The notes under the pieces were generated by a model. That model saw only the letters and a list, made by a program, of their open reading frames with translations. It did no database searches and was not told the origin of the DNA. A program made the position numbers and the translations under genes. A stretch of 64,000 bases of DNA from Perkinsela sp. CCAP 1560/9 (taxonomy: Eukaryota > Protista > Euglenozoa: Kinetoplastea): the NCBI GenBank assembly GCA_965644495.1, contig CBFFSA010000001.1:2852001-2916000 (forward strand), read 5' to 3'. Position 1 is the first letter of the stretch. The number at the start of each line of letters is the position of its first letter. This document shows positions 33,708 to 44,241 of the stretch, piece after piece.

Positions 33708-34290
33708 CTCACCCTTTTATTACTACTTATAAGTATACCGTATGTAAAATATAAGTGATTTCGTGATTTATAATGTCGGTGTGCTAGCTGCTTCGTAGAA
33801 ACAGCGGTGGCTATTGGTAAACGGGCTTCGCAAAATTGCTTCCCACTAACGACGCCGCGTATGGCAGAAAATATCACCGCAGGGAGTCGAACCTGCGACC
33901 ACCAGATTATGAACGGCAGGTCTTACCAACTGGACTACCTGGGTCCGAGTCCCGCGACCTACGTTTTTAATCACCTTGATTTGAGCCCAAATCGAAGATA
34001 GAGGGGGGCGGGGGCTGGACCCCCTTTTCTCACCCTGCTGGATCCACCCTACTCCGGACACCATAAAGAAGGGAGAGGCAGAGGTTGTAAACAACCTCCG
34101 CAATTTATAATATAAACAGCTTTTATAAGCAAAACGTAGCGAGCCCAGTTTACTTATAAAAACACTTATAAGGCGACTTATGAGAGCTGCGGGTCCAAAA
34201 AAGAAGCCCAACTTATGAAATATTCTTCGACTTCATCGTCAGTATGCCGGCTGCCCGAACTTATAAGTACAGTAGTTATGAAAGGGGGAG
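33708..34290. mobile_element. TA-flanked TIR element carrying a tRNA-like cassette
   Basis: TA|CTCACCCTTTTATTACTACTTATAAGT ... ACTTATAAGTACAGTAGTTATGAAAGGGGGAG|TA. Confidence 0.65.
33872..33944 (-). pseudogene. tRNA-Met(CAT)-like sequence with intact A/B boxes but broken acceptor and anticodon stems
   Basis: Minus strand ACCCAGG-TAGTCCAGTTGGTAAGAC-CTGCCG-TTCATAA-TCTGG-TGGTC-GCAGGTTCGACTCCCTGC-GGTGATA, followed by TTTT. Confidence 0.7.
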
Positions 34291-34734
34291 TATACGACTC
34301 CGCTCTATCACTTTTTTTTGGATGGGCTGCGAAACGTCTGACCGCATCACGTTTTTGGCGAATTTCGTAGTTGGGAACCTTGTATGACATTGTGTTAGAA
34401 GACTGTTAGAAGACCCCATAATGCGAATTAAAGATTTTTTGAAATCCACTGTTGAAGGAATTTGAAATTTTTTGCAGAGCTCAGAGAAGGAGCTAGAGTA
34501 AAGCTCATAAATTAAAGAAACTCATAAATAGAGAACTACTACCAAATTCATGTTTGGTATGTTTTATTGGGGAAAGTAGGCTAAAATATTTTGGAGGAAA
34601 AGTCCCTATTCACCTATTTCAACATTCGTCTTTTGCCGTCTCCGTTTGAAAATCTGTCATCAAGGAATCAAACTATTTCGCAAAGGAATTAAAAGATCTA
34701 GATAAGATAGAAAATATTCTAGATATTTTTATAA

Positions 34735-35913
34735 TTAAATTTTATAATCTTGTGTATGTAGCAACGATTCATCCAGGACGGTCAAGTTATCCGTTTTCAT
34801 TCCACAGTTCGGTGGGAGGCAGCACCATTTCAGTTTTCCAGTGGTATAGTCAAACATTACAGCTTTTGCAGCATCTTGTGTATTCTTGTAGTGTCGTCTC
34901 TTTGCAATTTTTGAAATAATATTTGCCGGGTCACTATTCGTTTCCTGATTGGACAGGCCCATTCGATAGTGTGTACAAATAGTTTCCGGTAAGAAATGAC
35001 TGAGCACCTCCTCAGCATGGAGCTCTATATCGTTTAAATGGCGTTCAATATAGCTCCAAGGTCGATATATAGCGTCTAAACCACATAACGGTTGTCGCAG
35101 AAACTCAGCATTCTGGGGCAACGTTAGCAATGTAACTTCTTTGCTATGAGGTACACGACCCTTCGCTGCCTCCGAACTCACATGTACGCTTACCCTTCCG
35201 CCTTGCATATCAGCTAAATTCTGAGTTAGCGTGCGAACGCCCACATTGGGGAATCCCGCAATGGTCACAAACACCTTTTGAAGTCCAAAACGACGTTGAA
35301 TCCATGCAACGACTGCTGTGGAATCATACAGTAGAACGCCAGCAAATTTTTCTACCTTTTCCAAATAGGAAACCCACGCTTGTGCGATAGATGAAGGAAC
35401 CAAGTTTTGCTTACTGAGGAGTAAAAGAACAGGAGTATTATTGTGAACTTCAGCAGCTAGGAGGAGCGTTGAGCTGACTCCTGATAACGGCGCCCGCGCA
35501 TCGACGACAAGTATCAGCAACTGGCTCATATCCAGGCATTTTACCAGTTGAAGAGAAAAATCTTGATCTTCGAAGATTTTCTTTTTCCTTACCGCCGCTT
35601 CCTGTCCTTTTTGGGAATCATTTTTTAATACACTCGCTTTGGAATTCGATACAACACTTTTGCCCTGCTTTTTCTCTTGTGCTCTGACATCCAACATGCC
35701 TTGTAAAAGATCTTCAACATTGCTAGTTTTCCTAGGGATTGACAGAATAGCGCGTTCAGCGTGAAAATTTTGCGGACGTGAATCCCGAATGCTTTTAGTT
35801 TTTCGAATCGCTCGTTTGACGTCTCGTCTATGCTCACGGACATGACGGAGCACTGAAAACTTCTTTTTCAGTGTTTGACGCTTCGAAAGGTCTCCTTTGC
35901 TTCGCTTCGGCAT
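34735..35913 (-). CDS. Nug1/GNL3 (nucleostemin)-like 60S biogenesis factor, GTPase motifs degenerate
   Basis: Basic N-terminus SKRQTLKKKFSVLRHVREHRR (GN3L_Grn1), LVVDARAPLS, LLLSKQNLVP, AGFPNVGVRTL, AAKAVMFDYTTGKLKW. Confidence 0.8.
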   Translation of the reverse strand: MPKRSKGDLSKRQTLKKKFSVLRHVREHRRDVKRAIRKTKSIRDSRPQNFHAERAILSIPRKTSNVEDLLQGMLDVRAQEKKQGKSVVSNSKASVLKNDSQKGQEAAVRKKKIFEDQDFSLQLVKCLDMSQLLILVVDARAPLSGVSSTLLLAAEVHNNTPVLLLLSKQNLVPSSIAQAWVSYLEKVEKFAGVLLYDSTAVVAWIQRRFGLQKVFVTIAGFPNVGVRTLTQNLADMQGGRVSVHVSSEAAKGRVPHSKEVTLLTLPQNAEFLRQPLCGLDAIYRPWSYIERHLNDIELHAEEVLSHFLPETICTHYRMGLSNQETNSDPANIISKIAKRRHYKNTQDAAKAVMFDYTTGKLKWCCLPPNCGMKTDNLTVLDESLLHTQDYKI

Positions 35914-36100
35914 GATTAACTTGTAGAAAGAAAACTCAAAAAAGAGCCTACTTTAGGTAAATGAAGAATTTATGAATGGTAAATTTATTTTATAAATCGT
36001 AGCCATAGATTTTGCGGTGGTTGTATAACTACAGCTCTACCCTCGATTATTGAAAAAAAGTGAACAAAAACAGTGAAAATATAAAGAGGAATACAGTAAT

Positions 36101-38272
36101 CATACATCTCCGCAGTACGGTACTTCGTACTAAACGTAGTACGGACCCCGTATTTCGTACTAGTACGTACTAAGTACCGTACTATCCGTACTTAGTACGA
36201 AAGTCCGTACTTCATGCAGTTTGTCTAACAATTTCAAATAAAGAAATCACACTGAAGTAGTGTACCATGTGACGCTGAAGGGCTGCAACCTCTGTCATGA
36301 AGGGCATACATGCTAACACTCACTAAATAAAAGCGAATATAGAAGTAATTTAAAAGGAATATAGAAGAAGCGTACGGTGAACGCATAAAAATTTGAATCA
36401 AAAGACACTCTATATTTATCACTATTTTCTCACTTGCTATGAACTAACGAATAGGTGATCGCCGACACCCGCCCAAAAAATGTATAAGAGAACGGAAAGG
36501 AAAAGTGAAAGTGATCTAAGAACTTTTAGAAGCTATTTTCATTGAATATATAGAATACTGTATATATTTTTTTACAAAGGTATGCAATCAACATCATACA
36601 TTACAAGATTCCATTAATTTTAGTTTATTACTACGAAAAATCACCCTAAATTAGTCCAATGAGAGAGTGGCTACTCTGTAAAATTTTTGTCTTCACCTTC
36701 ATCTGTATCTCTACTTTCGAGAAGATCAAACTCACCTTCCTCGGATGATTTATATTGCGTTTTCGGGCTATGAGTCACTCTTTTAATCTTATTTAGGTTT
36801 CCACGCAAAAAAATCCGGTCAGCAATCACACGTGGAGGAAGTCTGGATTGTCGAGGACAGTACATATACGACAATATCGATAGCCATGAGTCACACTTTG
36901 TCACGAGAGGTGGCGTCCAAACGTAACGACGCGCGGCGTTAGAAAATAATGGGAAAAGTCTATCACCCGTAGTGCACCAGTAATCATACTCATTACTGTG
37001 CACAGAGGGATCCCACTCAAAGTCAGTACAAGTGACGTACGCTTGCCATTCTATGTCAGTAATAGAAAATAAGGCGTTTCGCTCTGTTAGTGCTCCCAAA
37101 CCTCGATCAAAAAGGTTGTTCGCCCGCTGCACACTGATACTCTTCATGTTATATGGGCGCCCGAATTCAGAAATGAATATTGGATCGAACCAAACAATGT
37201 CTTTCCAAAATTCCATGTTATGGTTTTTAGAAAGCCGGGACATATGATGCTTCAGCGCTTCTTTTAAACCTTCAGGCCCGACTCCTTCCTCTGAATCCTC
37301 GAATAACTGTTCCAAAGTTTCGGCAACGTGCGTCGCTGTAGGTTTCCCATTGAGGTCAGAAAATTTGTTCAATGCAACGAAGAGAATAGTATATGTTCTC
37401 CCTTCATCCGATCGATGCCAGCGTCAACGGCAGCCCCAAAGTATGTATACTTATCGATGTCCGACTTGAGAATTTCCCATAGCTCATCGGCGAGAACAGA
37501 TTCACATTCGTGAAGTTTTCCGGTCTTTTTGGGGAAAAAGGCTAGAAACTGTTCAATGGTAACCTTTGGAGGCCATTGCTCCAGGAGCGACCGAACAAAA
37601 GTAAGAAATTGCTGCGAAGGAGTGCTCATGAGAGCATGCATGCTGGGTACTATTCGTGTGGCGTAAAGTTCGGCTTCCCTTTCACACGACATAGCCATTT
37701 GAACAGCGTCAAGTTTCTCCTTATCAATTCGAAGATCGCAGTGCTTACGATGTTGTTGATAATGATTACGAGTCTTGCAATGAGATTCAAAATGGCAGCC
37801 AGGGGCCATGCATTTGTAATGACATTCATGCCCCATACCGTCAACGGGCATTGCATCATGGTCGTGATGACAATTTGCCGAGCAACGTACGACAGCAAAA
37901 AGGGGAATCGCCCCCTCTCGCATTAGAACGCTAGGCGGCGTTGCGTGATGAGCGCGAGAGACCGTTCTTTCGGGAGTTACCTCGCTTCCATCCTGTTCAC
38001 CTCGGCTTGACTTCCTAGACATGGTGCTGGAGAAAAGTGAATGAAAATTGAAAAGAAAATGCTATAAGTAACGGAATAATAAATTAGTTTAAGTAATGCG
38101 ATCCCAACATTGTTTTCCAATGAAAAAGATGAGCTTTTCTTTAATTGAAATTCGTAGTCAAGGTCCCACTTTGGCATAAAATAATTTTCAAAATGTATGA
38201 AGTACGGACTTTCGTACTTAGTACGGATAGTACGGTACTTAGTACGTACTATCCGTACTAAGGAGATGTATG
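36101..38272 (-). mobile_element. hAT-superfamily-like DNA transposon, internally deleted, 6-bp TSD AGTAAT
   Basis: AGTAAT|CATACATCTCC...GGAGATGTATG|AGTAAT; ~55-bp near-perfect subterminal inverted block of GTAC repeats; encodes transposase pieces. Confidence 0.85.
36671..38022 (-). pseudogene. hAT transposase remnant in two ORFs (37369-38022 and 36671-37372)
   Basis: N-part: BED-like C/H finger (YKCMAPGC...HYQQH) and first catalytic strand YFGAAVDAGID. C-part: hAT dimerisation-domain pattern DYW...FPLFSNAARRYVWTPP....CDSWLS......RQSRL......IFLRGN. Confidence 0.78.
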
Positions 38273-39121
38273 AGTAATATAATAAAGGAAAAAAATATAA
38301 AAGGGGGCTCCCGTGGTCCAAAATTGAAAAAAAAATTGAAAAAAATGCGGGGTCTAGGGTGGGCCGGGGGAGGGCATACCGCACGAAATATTTTTTGAAA
38401 AAAAACCCGCAGAAGGTGCAGCCGGTGTCTTTCCCCTATATTGTAGTATTTTGATAGTTTATATTGTAGTTTATATTGTAGTACAGTTTATATTGTAGTA
38501 TTTTGATAGTTTCGGACCTACACTAGCTTTCTATACTATACTATACTAGCCTATACTAGCTTTCTACGCCGTTGTTTTCGCCAGATATCCCTTCTTCGAT
38601 CCGTGGTGTGCCCCCCAAAATGACCCATTTTTGATTAAAAAAGGTAAAAAAGTATTTTTCGGACCACATGGGGCCTTGTTGTGTCGAAAGAATGGTGTGG
38701 TTGGAGTCGCATTCTCTACCCAATACGTTCGGTAGGCTTAAATTCACTCCTACAAGTCATTTCCCACACGCAAATATCAGATTTAGTGCTCTGAGAGCAA
38801 AAATACGCAAAAATCACTCCATTTTTACCCGAAAATCGGCTATTTGTGGCCATAATATTTCCGTATTCTTCAGCTTTCCAGGCCAAATTTTCTTCTTTAG
38901 GCTCTTCATTAATTGCGGTGGTAGTTTTCAACTCGAAGCGCGCAGCACGAGTGACTTCTAAGTTGGAAACGACCACCGCGTTTAACGAAGAGCCTAATAA
39001 TAAAGCCGTAAATTATGCTCATAAATTATAGCCAAATTATTTGGCTGTATTTGAAATATAGCCTTTGTTTTAGTTTTTTGGACAGAATTTAGTATACCGC
39101 ACCCATTTTGTATACCTACTA

Positions 39122-39440
39122 CCGTATACCCCCCAGTGAGGTACCCCCCAGAAAGACATATTTGGCCTTTTTTGGGCTGATCCCAGTAAGAGAGATTTGG
39201 TTCTGGAGCCCCACAGGAGGCGTATAGGGGGTAGGGGGTGGGTGTCTGCATGTTGGGGGGCCTCAGGGGTAACCCAAAGAAGCGTTTTAACACGTTTTCA
39301 CAAGAAAAAATGGAAAAAAATAGTCAAAAAAGTTGGGAGAAAAGAGGAAACTGGCCAAAAAAGCATACCCCCCCCAGTAAGAGAGATTTGGCCATTTCGA
39401 CCCAAAACCCATTCTTTTACTGGGGGGGGGGGGTATACGG
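39122..39440. mobile_element. TA-flanked MITE (CCGTA termini)
   Basis: TA|CCGTATACCCCCCAGT ... ACTG(n)TATACGG|TA; an inverted internal fragment recurs at ~41225-41277. Confidence 0.7.
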
Positions 39441-39639
39441 TAGGTATTTTCGTGGAACATTAAGAGTTTTTAGTATAGGAACATTCTTTGGAATCACTTT
39501 TCTCCATTGGACCCTGCTAAAGACGTCTTGATGAGAAAACGTCAATTGTCGGATAATCACACCTGTATACACACTGTATCGAAGCAATCATACCTCTATG
39601 GAGATACCTTCCGATTCAGAAGGTATTCAGTTCATTTCT

Positions 39640-40554
39640 TTAGGTTCTTATTACCAAGCTTTCTATCTTGCACTCGTTACGCTGTAAATACGTTTTTAAA
39701 AGATTTTTAGCCACATTTACAATGTGTTTATATCGACAACTGCCAAGTTTTATTCCACCAAACCATCTCGTCACTATTAATATAATGTTTTTGAGGCGCA
39801 GCGCTTGTAAAAGGAACAGCAGTTTCGAGGACGCTCCAGCTTCACCGTCATCGTCACGACTCTCAAAAAGATCATCATTCTCCATAAAACGGTAGGCATA
39901 GATAGCTGGATGCGTTGCCCCCTTGACTAGCTTGGAGCCGCGTATACGCTCCAGTACCAGGATCACCTCACGTTCTGAACGCGCTTCGGCCAGGTGAGCC
40001 TGAAAAGCCGAACGTCGATCCCTCACCACCTCGCCGGAAAAAAAAGGGACTACAGTATCTTCTAGCGTATTATTCGTTTTAGAATGAATTATGTTCTCCG
40101 GAAAACCGTTCTCTTCTTTGTTTAGTTTAAGAGACGCCTGATCTCTAAACCCATCCATAAATAATGTGTTCCGTGTTTGAAAAGAGTGCTGCTGCAGCTC
40201 CGTAGTTATGAGCTGCGTAGCGTACACCAAAACTGGTGAAAATCTTAAGCTCTCGATCACTTGATCGTAAATGTCGTGAATGAATTTCTTTCGCCAAGTT
40301 CCACAAACTTTATAGATAGCTGGAAAATAGATGTCAATTCGTGGAGTAGCTGCTGGGTATTCTGCAGAGAGTTCATAACGAATAGTGCACTTTACTTTTA
40401 GGACATGTAATGCAACAAGAACACTGAAGGGAGGGGTTATTGTTACTGCTTCTTCAGATAGCAGCGCCTGCAAACACTTTATTTCTTCATCTATAAGGCT
40501 CAACGTAGATTCTCCAAATCTATGTCTCGTTTCCTCAGAGAGGATGTCTAACAT
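39640..40554 (-). CDS. IMPACT/Yih1 family (RWD + UPF0029)
   Basis: EEIKCLQAL..LSAEYPAATP (RWD); DRRSAFQAHLA..ATHPAIYAYR..DDDGEAGASSKLLFLL..IVTRWFGGIKLG..R.KHI. Confidence 0.93.
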   Translation of the reverse strand: MLDILSEETRHRFGESTLSLIDEEIKCLQALLSEEAVTITPPFSVLVALHVLKVKCTIRYELSAEYPAATPRIDIYFPAIYKVCGTWRKKFIHDIYDQVIESLRFSPVLVYATQLITTELQQHSFQTRNTLFMDGFRDQASLKLNKEENGFPENIIHSKTNNTLEDTVVPFFSGEVVRDRRSAFQAHLAEARSEREVILVLERIRGSKLVKGATHPAIYAYRFMENDDLFESRDDDGEAGASSKLLFLLQALRLKNIILIVTRWFGGIKLGSCRYKHIVNVAKNLLKTYLQRNECKIESLVIRT

Positions 40555-40750
40555 GATGGTGAAAAAGACGTCACTAGGACCATATTATGAGATTTGCACG
40601 TAATAAACATGTAATACTTGCATACCCTGGATGTGTACAAAAGTAATTTATGTACAGTATGTATTACTACAGGCTGTAGTAATAAGTTAGGCAGTACGAA
40701 TAGGAATAATGTGCTTCGTTCTCTAACACAAGGGTGTAGACTACATCCTT

Positions 40751-41219
40751 GTTTTACTACCATATCGGTCAAATCTCCCTTTTTTCCCCCAAATTCTTTT
40801 TGAAGTTTTGAAGGGCACTCCAAATGCTAAAATTAGTTACTTGCATTTCATCAGCTCATCTTCTGAGGCTGAAATAAAGGCCATTCGTGCTTTCAATTTC
40901 CAATTCGTTCATGTATTGTCCATACAGTATCGATACTGCACCGAAATCTATAAGTGTGTCACACCTTTTGCCAACCTGGTGTGCCACAATTTGAGCCCTA
41001 GAACTCATATTTTCTATAAATGTCCCCGAATGTCTTGGTGTAAATAAGTCAAAGTCTTCTATTTCGTCAATACCAATCTAGAAGGATTGTAAAATCGCTG
41101 AACTCGAAAAAAAATTGAGGTATTTTTTTTTTAAAAAGATTTGGGGGAAAAAAGGGAGATTCCACCACCATATCTTTGTGTAGTACTACAGTAGTACTAC
41201 ACAAAGATGGTCGTAAAAC
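40751..41219. mobile_element. TIR element with palindromic insertion in right TIR
   Basis: GTTTTACTACCAT..AATCTCCCTTTTTTCCCCCAAAT versus ATTTGGGGGAAAAAAGGGAGATT..ATGGTCGTAAAAC; palindrome ATCTTTGTGTAGTACTAC-A-GTAGTACTACACAAAGAT. Confidence 0.6.
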
Positions 41220-42437
41220 GTATGCCCTATACGCCTCCTGTGGATCTCACGAGCCAAAACTCTCTTACAGGGGGGTAAATGAAAAAAGTATATGAAAAAG
41301 CATATGAAAAAAGTCATAGATCTTGGTCGTTAAAACGAACATCAATTGAACTCAGAAACTTTTGGTGTAATCATGCAGACACGGGTATTGAAAACTGGTG
41401 GATATAAAGTGTAGGTTTCTCATCCCTGGGTGGGAAACTATATTTCACCTACGACGTAACATACCTATGTGTTCTATGAACACTTGTGTGTGTTCAGTAG
41501 TTCTATGGTTCAATGAACACTTTTATGAACCAATAGAACACTTTTTCGATTTTTTTCCTGGCGCACAAACAATTTTTTTTGAAGCTTTGTTTCATTCAAA
41601 TGGCCCCAGATGGTACTACACGACCTAGATCCTCACGTACATGTAGGTACATGGCAGAATAGGTGGTGCGAGTCTGTGCCATCGATATGATTCCAGCGTC
41701 AAGGGGGCCACGAAGAGGCCCCAACCCCCAGTTAGGTTGGTCCTAACACGTCCTAACACGTGTTAGGCGTTTAATCAATTCGGCACACAAACGTCTTTAA
41801 TGCACATAATGTGTTCACAGTGCAAAAAGAATGTTTAGTGGAAATGACGACAACGAAGATGAGGAAAAAAATTCAGGTTTTTTCTTTGGGGAAAAAAGTC
41901 CCCTTTCACCCACAAGTGTATCGAGTACTTTCTTTTTTTCATCTGGACCCAGGTTTCTATTCAGAAGCAGGCCATGAAAGCACTCCAAGTCTTTCGCTGC
42001 TTTGTTAGCGTGGCTATCATATTCTTCAAGTGAAGAGCATTGCTTTTGTATTGAGCCTTTCGTGACGATAAACACCCTCCACCATGGAAAGCGTTCATAA
42101 ACCCCACCCAATGAAAAGTGACCCACCACTTTTTCTTTCGTACAAGCATCCGTTTGAGCTGATTTTTGTAGCATTTTGCAGATCTCAACATAAAGACTTT
42201 GCGCGTGAAGAAACGAAACAAAAAGAAGCGAATACGTATATTTTAGAGAAGAATTTCCATTTAGTCACCTTTTCTCCGTTCTATTTTATACACTGCTTAA
42301 GGCGAGAGTCAAAACTTAATACCGTATTGTCGATAGGGTATTTACGTTTTGGGGCAAACGAGACCACGCTTTTTGTACACATCGGATAAGTAAAGGCTTA
42401 TACATGTATATGAAGGCTAATATAGACCAGACGTTTT

Positions 42438-42719
42438 CTATGGGAAAGGTCTGGTGAATTGGGGGGGGCAATTTTTCAATACATCTTTCATTCTATTTGT
42501 AATATACTCCTTAGAGGCATGGGCGGTGTGTGCCGTAGCCCCACCTTTTTGGGGGAAAGGTACCTTTTTCAGCGTCTCTATGATAGACGAGCTCCTGATA
42601 GACGAGTCAGAGTCCAGAATAACTAAGTGTTTCCACCCTACTCCTATGGCACCCCAAACTTGGCATCTCGGCGCCCAGCGTACTGGTTCCCCATGTAATA
42701 GATTGGGGTGGTTCCCCAT
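42438..42719 (-). pseudogene. IS630/Tc1/mariner transposase DDE-domain relic
   Basis: CQVWGAIGVGWKHLVIL...FPQKGGATAHTAHASKEYI....VLKNCPPQ matches VWGAI..FQQDGA.AH....L..WPP.SPD with the catalytic residues decayed. Confidence 0.75.
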
Positions 42720-42799
42720 GGAAGCAAATTAGGGTGGTTCCCCATGGAAATAGATTAGGGTGGTTCCCCATGGAAATGGATTGGGGTGCAAATGGATTA

Positions 42800-42883
42800 C
42801 AGTGTTATATTTAATTACGGTATTATTTAATTACGCTTTAAGGTAAGCGTAATTAAATAATACCGTAATTAAATACAACACTG
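42800..42883. mobile_element. 84-bp near-perfect palindromic mini-MITE, Tc1-like CAGTG termini
   Basis: TA|CAGTGTTATATTTAATTACGGTATTATTTAATTACGCTT..AAGCGTAATTAAATAATACCGTAATTAAATACAACACTG|TA. Confidence 0.8.
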
Positions 42884-44241
42884 TAACCGTAATGTCATCC
42901 ACTCGTAAATTACTAATTTTTGAACACACTTTTTGAATAATTTTTAAGCGCCCAAGCCATTAGATTCGTCTGTGATCATTTTATGAAGGCTTGTGTTTCG
43001 TATGAAAGTGAGGCCGATGGTATATTATTAATGTTTCGCATGAAAGTGGATCGGCCTTCGATACCAAAAAGGAGAAAAACAACTGACAACTCGGAAAATG
43101 AGGAGAATTCACAGCCTTTATGGTCTTTGAAGGCATTACTCAAAATGAAATCCCTTGGAAATGGGCCAGCGCGAGACATTCCGGCATCCAAGCGCGAAGC
43201 TGAGGTACGAAGTGTGCTTCGAGGTAAGGTTGCGAGAACTGGCGGTAATAGGAAACCGTCTAAGTAAGGAAAGAATTGATGGAATTGTATCTTGGCAAAT
43301 TTTGAATACCTTGAGGATTATTTGTAGGTTATGGGAAAAATATTGTTTGTTTGTACCGTATCAGACACATATAAACTCTGAACTTGGAAGTCATAGATGA
43401 AAGCTTTCAAGGTGAAAGTGTTAAGCTTTTTAACCGACTTTAAGTCGGTCTTATTGGATATTGGATTTATTTTTGTATTTGGATTGGTTCCCCATGTAAT
43501 CGATTGGGGTGGCTTCCCATTTTTCTTCGACGGGCACGAAAGGTTCCTGTGGGACCTCGTCCTCTCATTAGAAATTGTTGAGGGTAATAGATAATGCTTG
43601 ACTAAATGAGGGAAACAATAGTTTTTTGCAACAACAACAACAAAATATTTTGAAATGAGAAATGCATTACGTTCGGCGAGTACAAAAAAAGCTGCCACGC
43701 GTACTAAGAGAGAACCTCATACCGCGGCATTCTTATACTGCATAGCTAGGGCATGTGTAATCACTTGGATATGCGCAAAACAAAAAAGTTTTATGAAAAA
43801 TAATCAACATGTTCGTGGGATGTGTACCTCCCCAAAAAGTGTTCAATGCGTTCTATGTGTTCAATGAACAAAAAAAAGTGTTCATAGAACACATAGGTAT
43901 GACGTAATGTGATCCTTTGGTGGGTTTGGTGGATGTGGTCAGGATTTTTCCTGCAGTAAGGCGGGGGGACCTCTTCACATCCAGGGGCTTTCACCCAAGT
44001 GCGGATATCAGGCCGTGAGAAGAGAGTCTGAAACTCCCAACGTAGGACGCGTAGTTCCTATGAATTGTCACTCACGCGATAGCGCAACTGCGTTTTCCGC
44101 GTTTTGAATGCAGAAAAAACTGATTTTGAATGCAGAAGGGAATTTGACCGACAATAGCCCATTTTTGGGTAAAAATAGGGTCATTTTTGTGTACTAGTGT
44201 TTTCGCTCTCAAAGCACTAAATCCGATTTTTTCGCATAGGA

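Larger units (their letters stand above)
41460..43901. mobile_element. second CATAC-terminated TIR element with 6-bp TSD ACGTAA, carrying nested elements
   Basis: ACGTAA|CATACCTATGTGTTCTATGAACACTT ... AAGTGTTCATAGAACACATAGGTATG|ACGTAA (26-bp perfect TIR); GTTC/GAAC subterminal repeats. Confidence 0.85.

Noticed and set aside
33872-33944. Functional tRNA-Met gene
   Set aside because: Acceptor and anticodon stems do not pair; kept only as a tRNA-like element.
42686-42790. Short direct repeats (also 10698-10742, 27537-27613, 38440-38512, 55002-55100) as CRISPR-like arrays
   Set aside because: Only 2-4 copies, no unique spacers of regular length, no cas genes, eukaryotic context; local slippage duplications.
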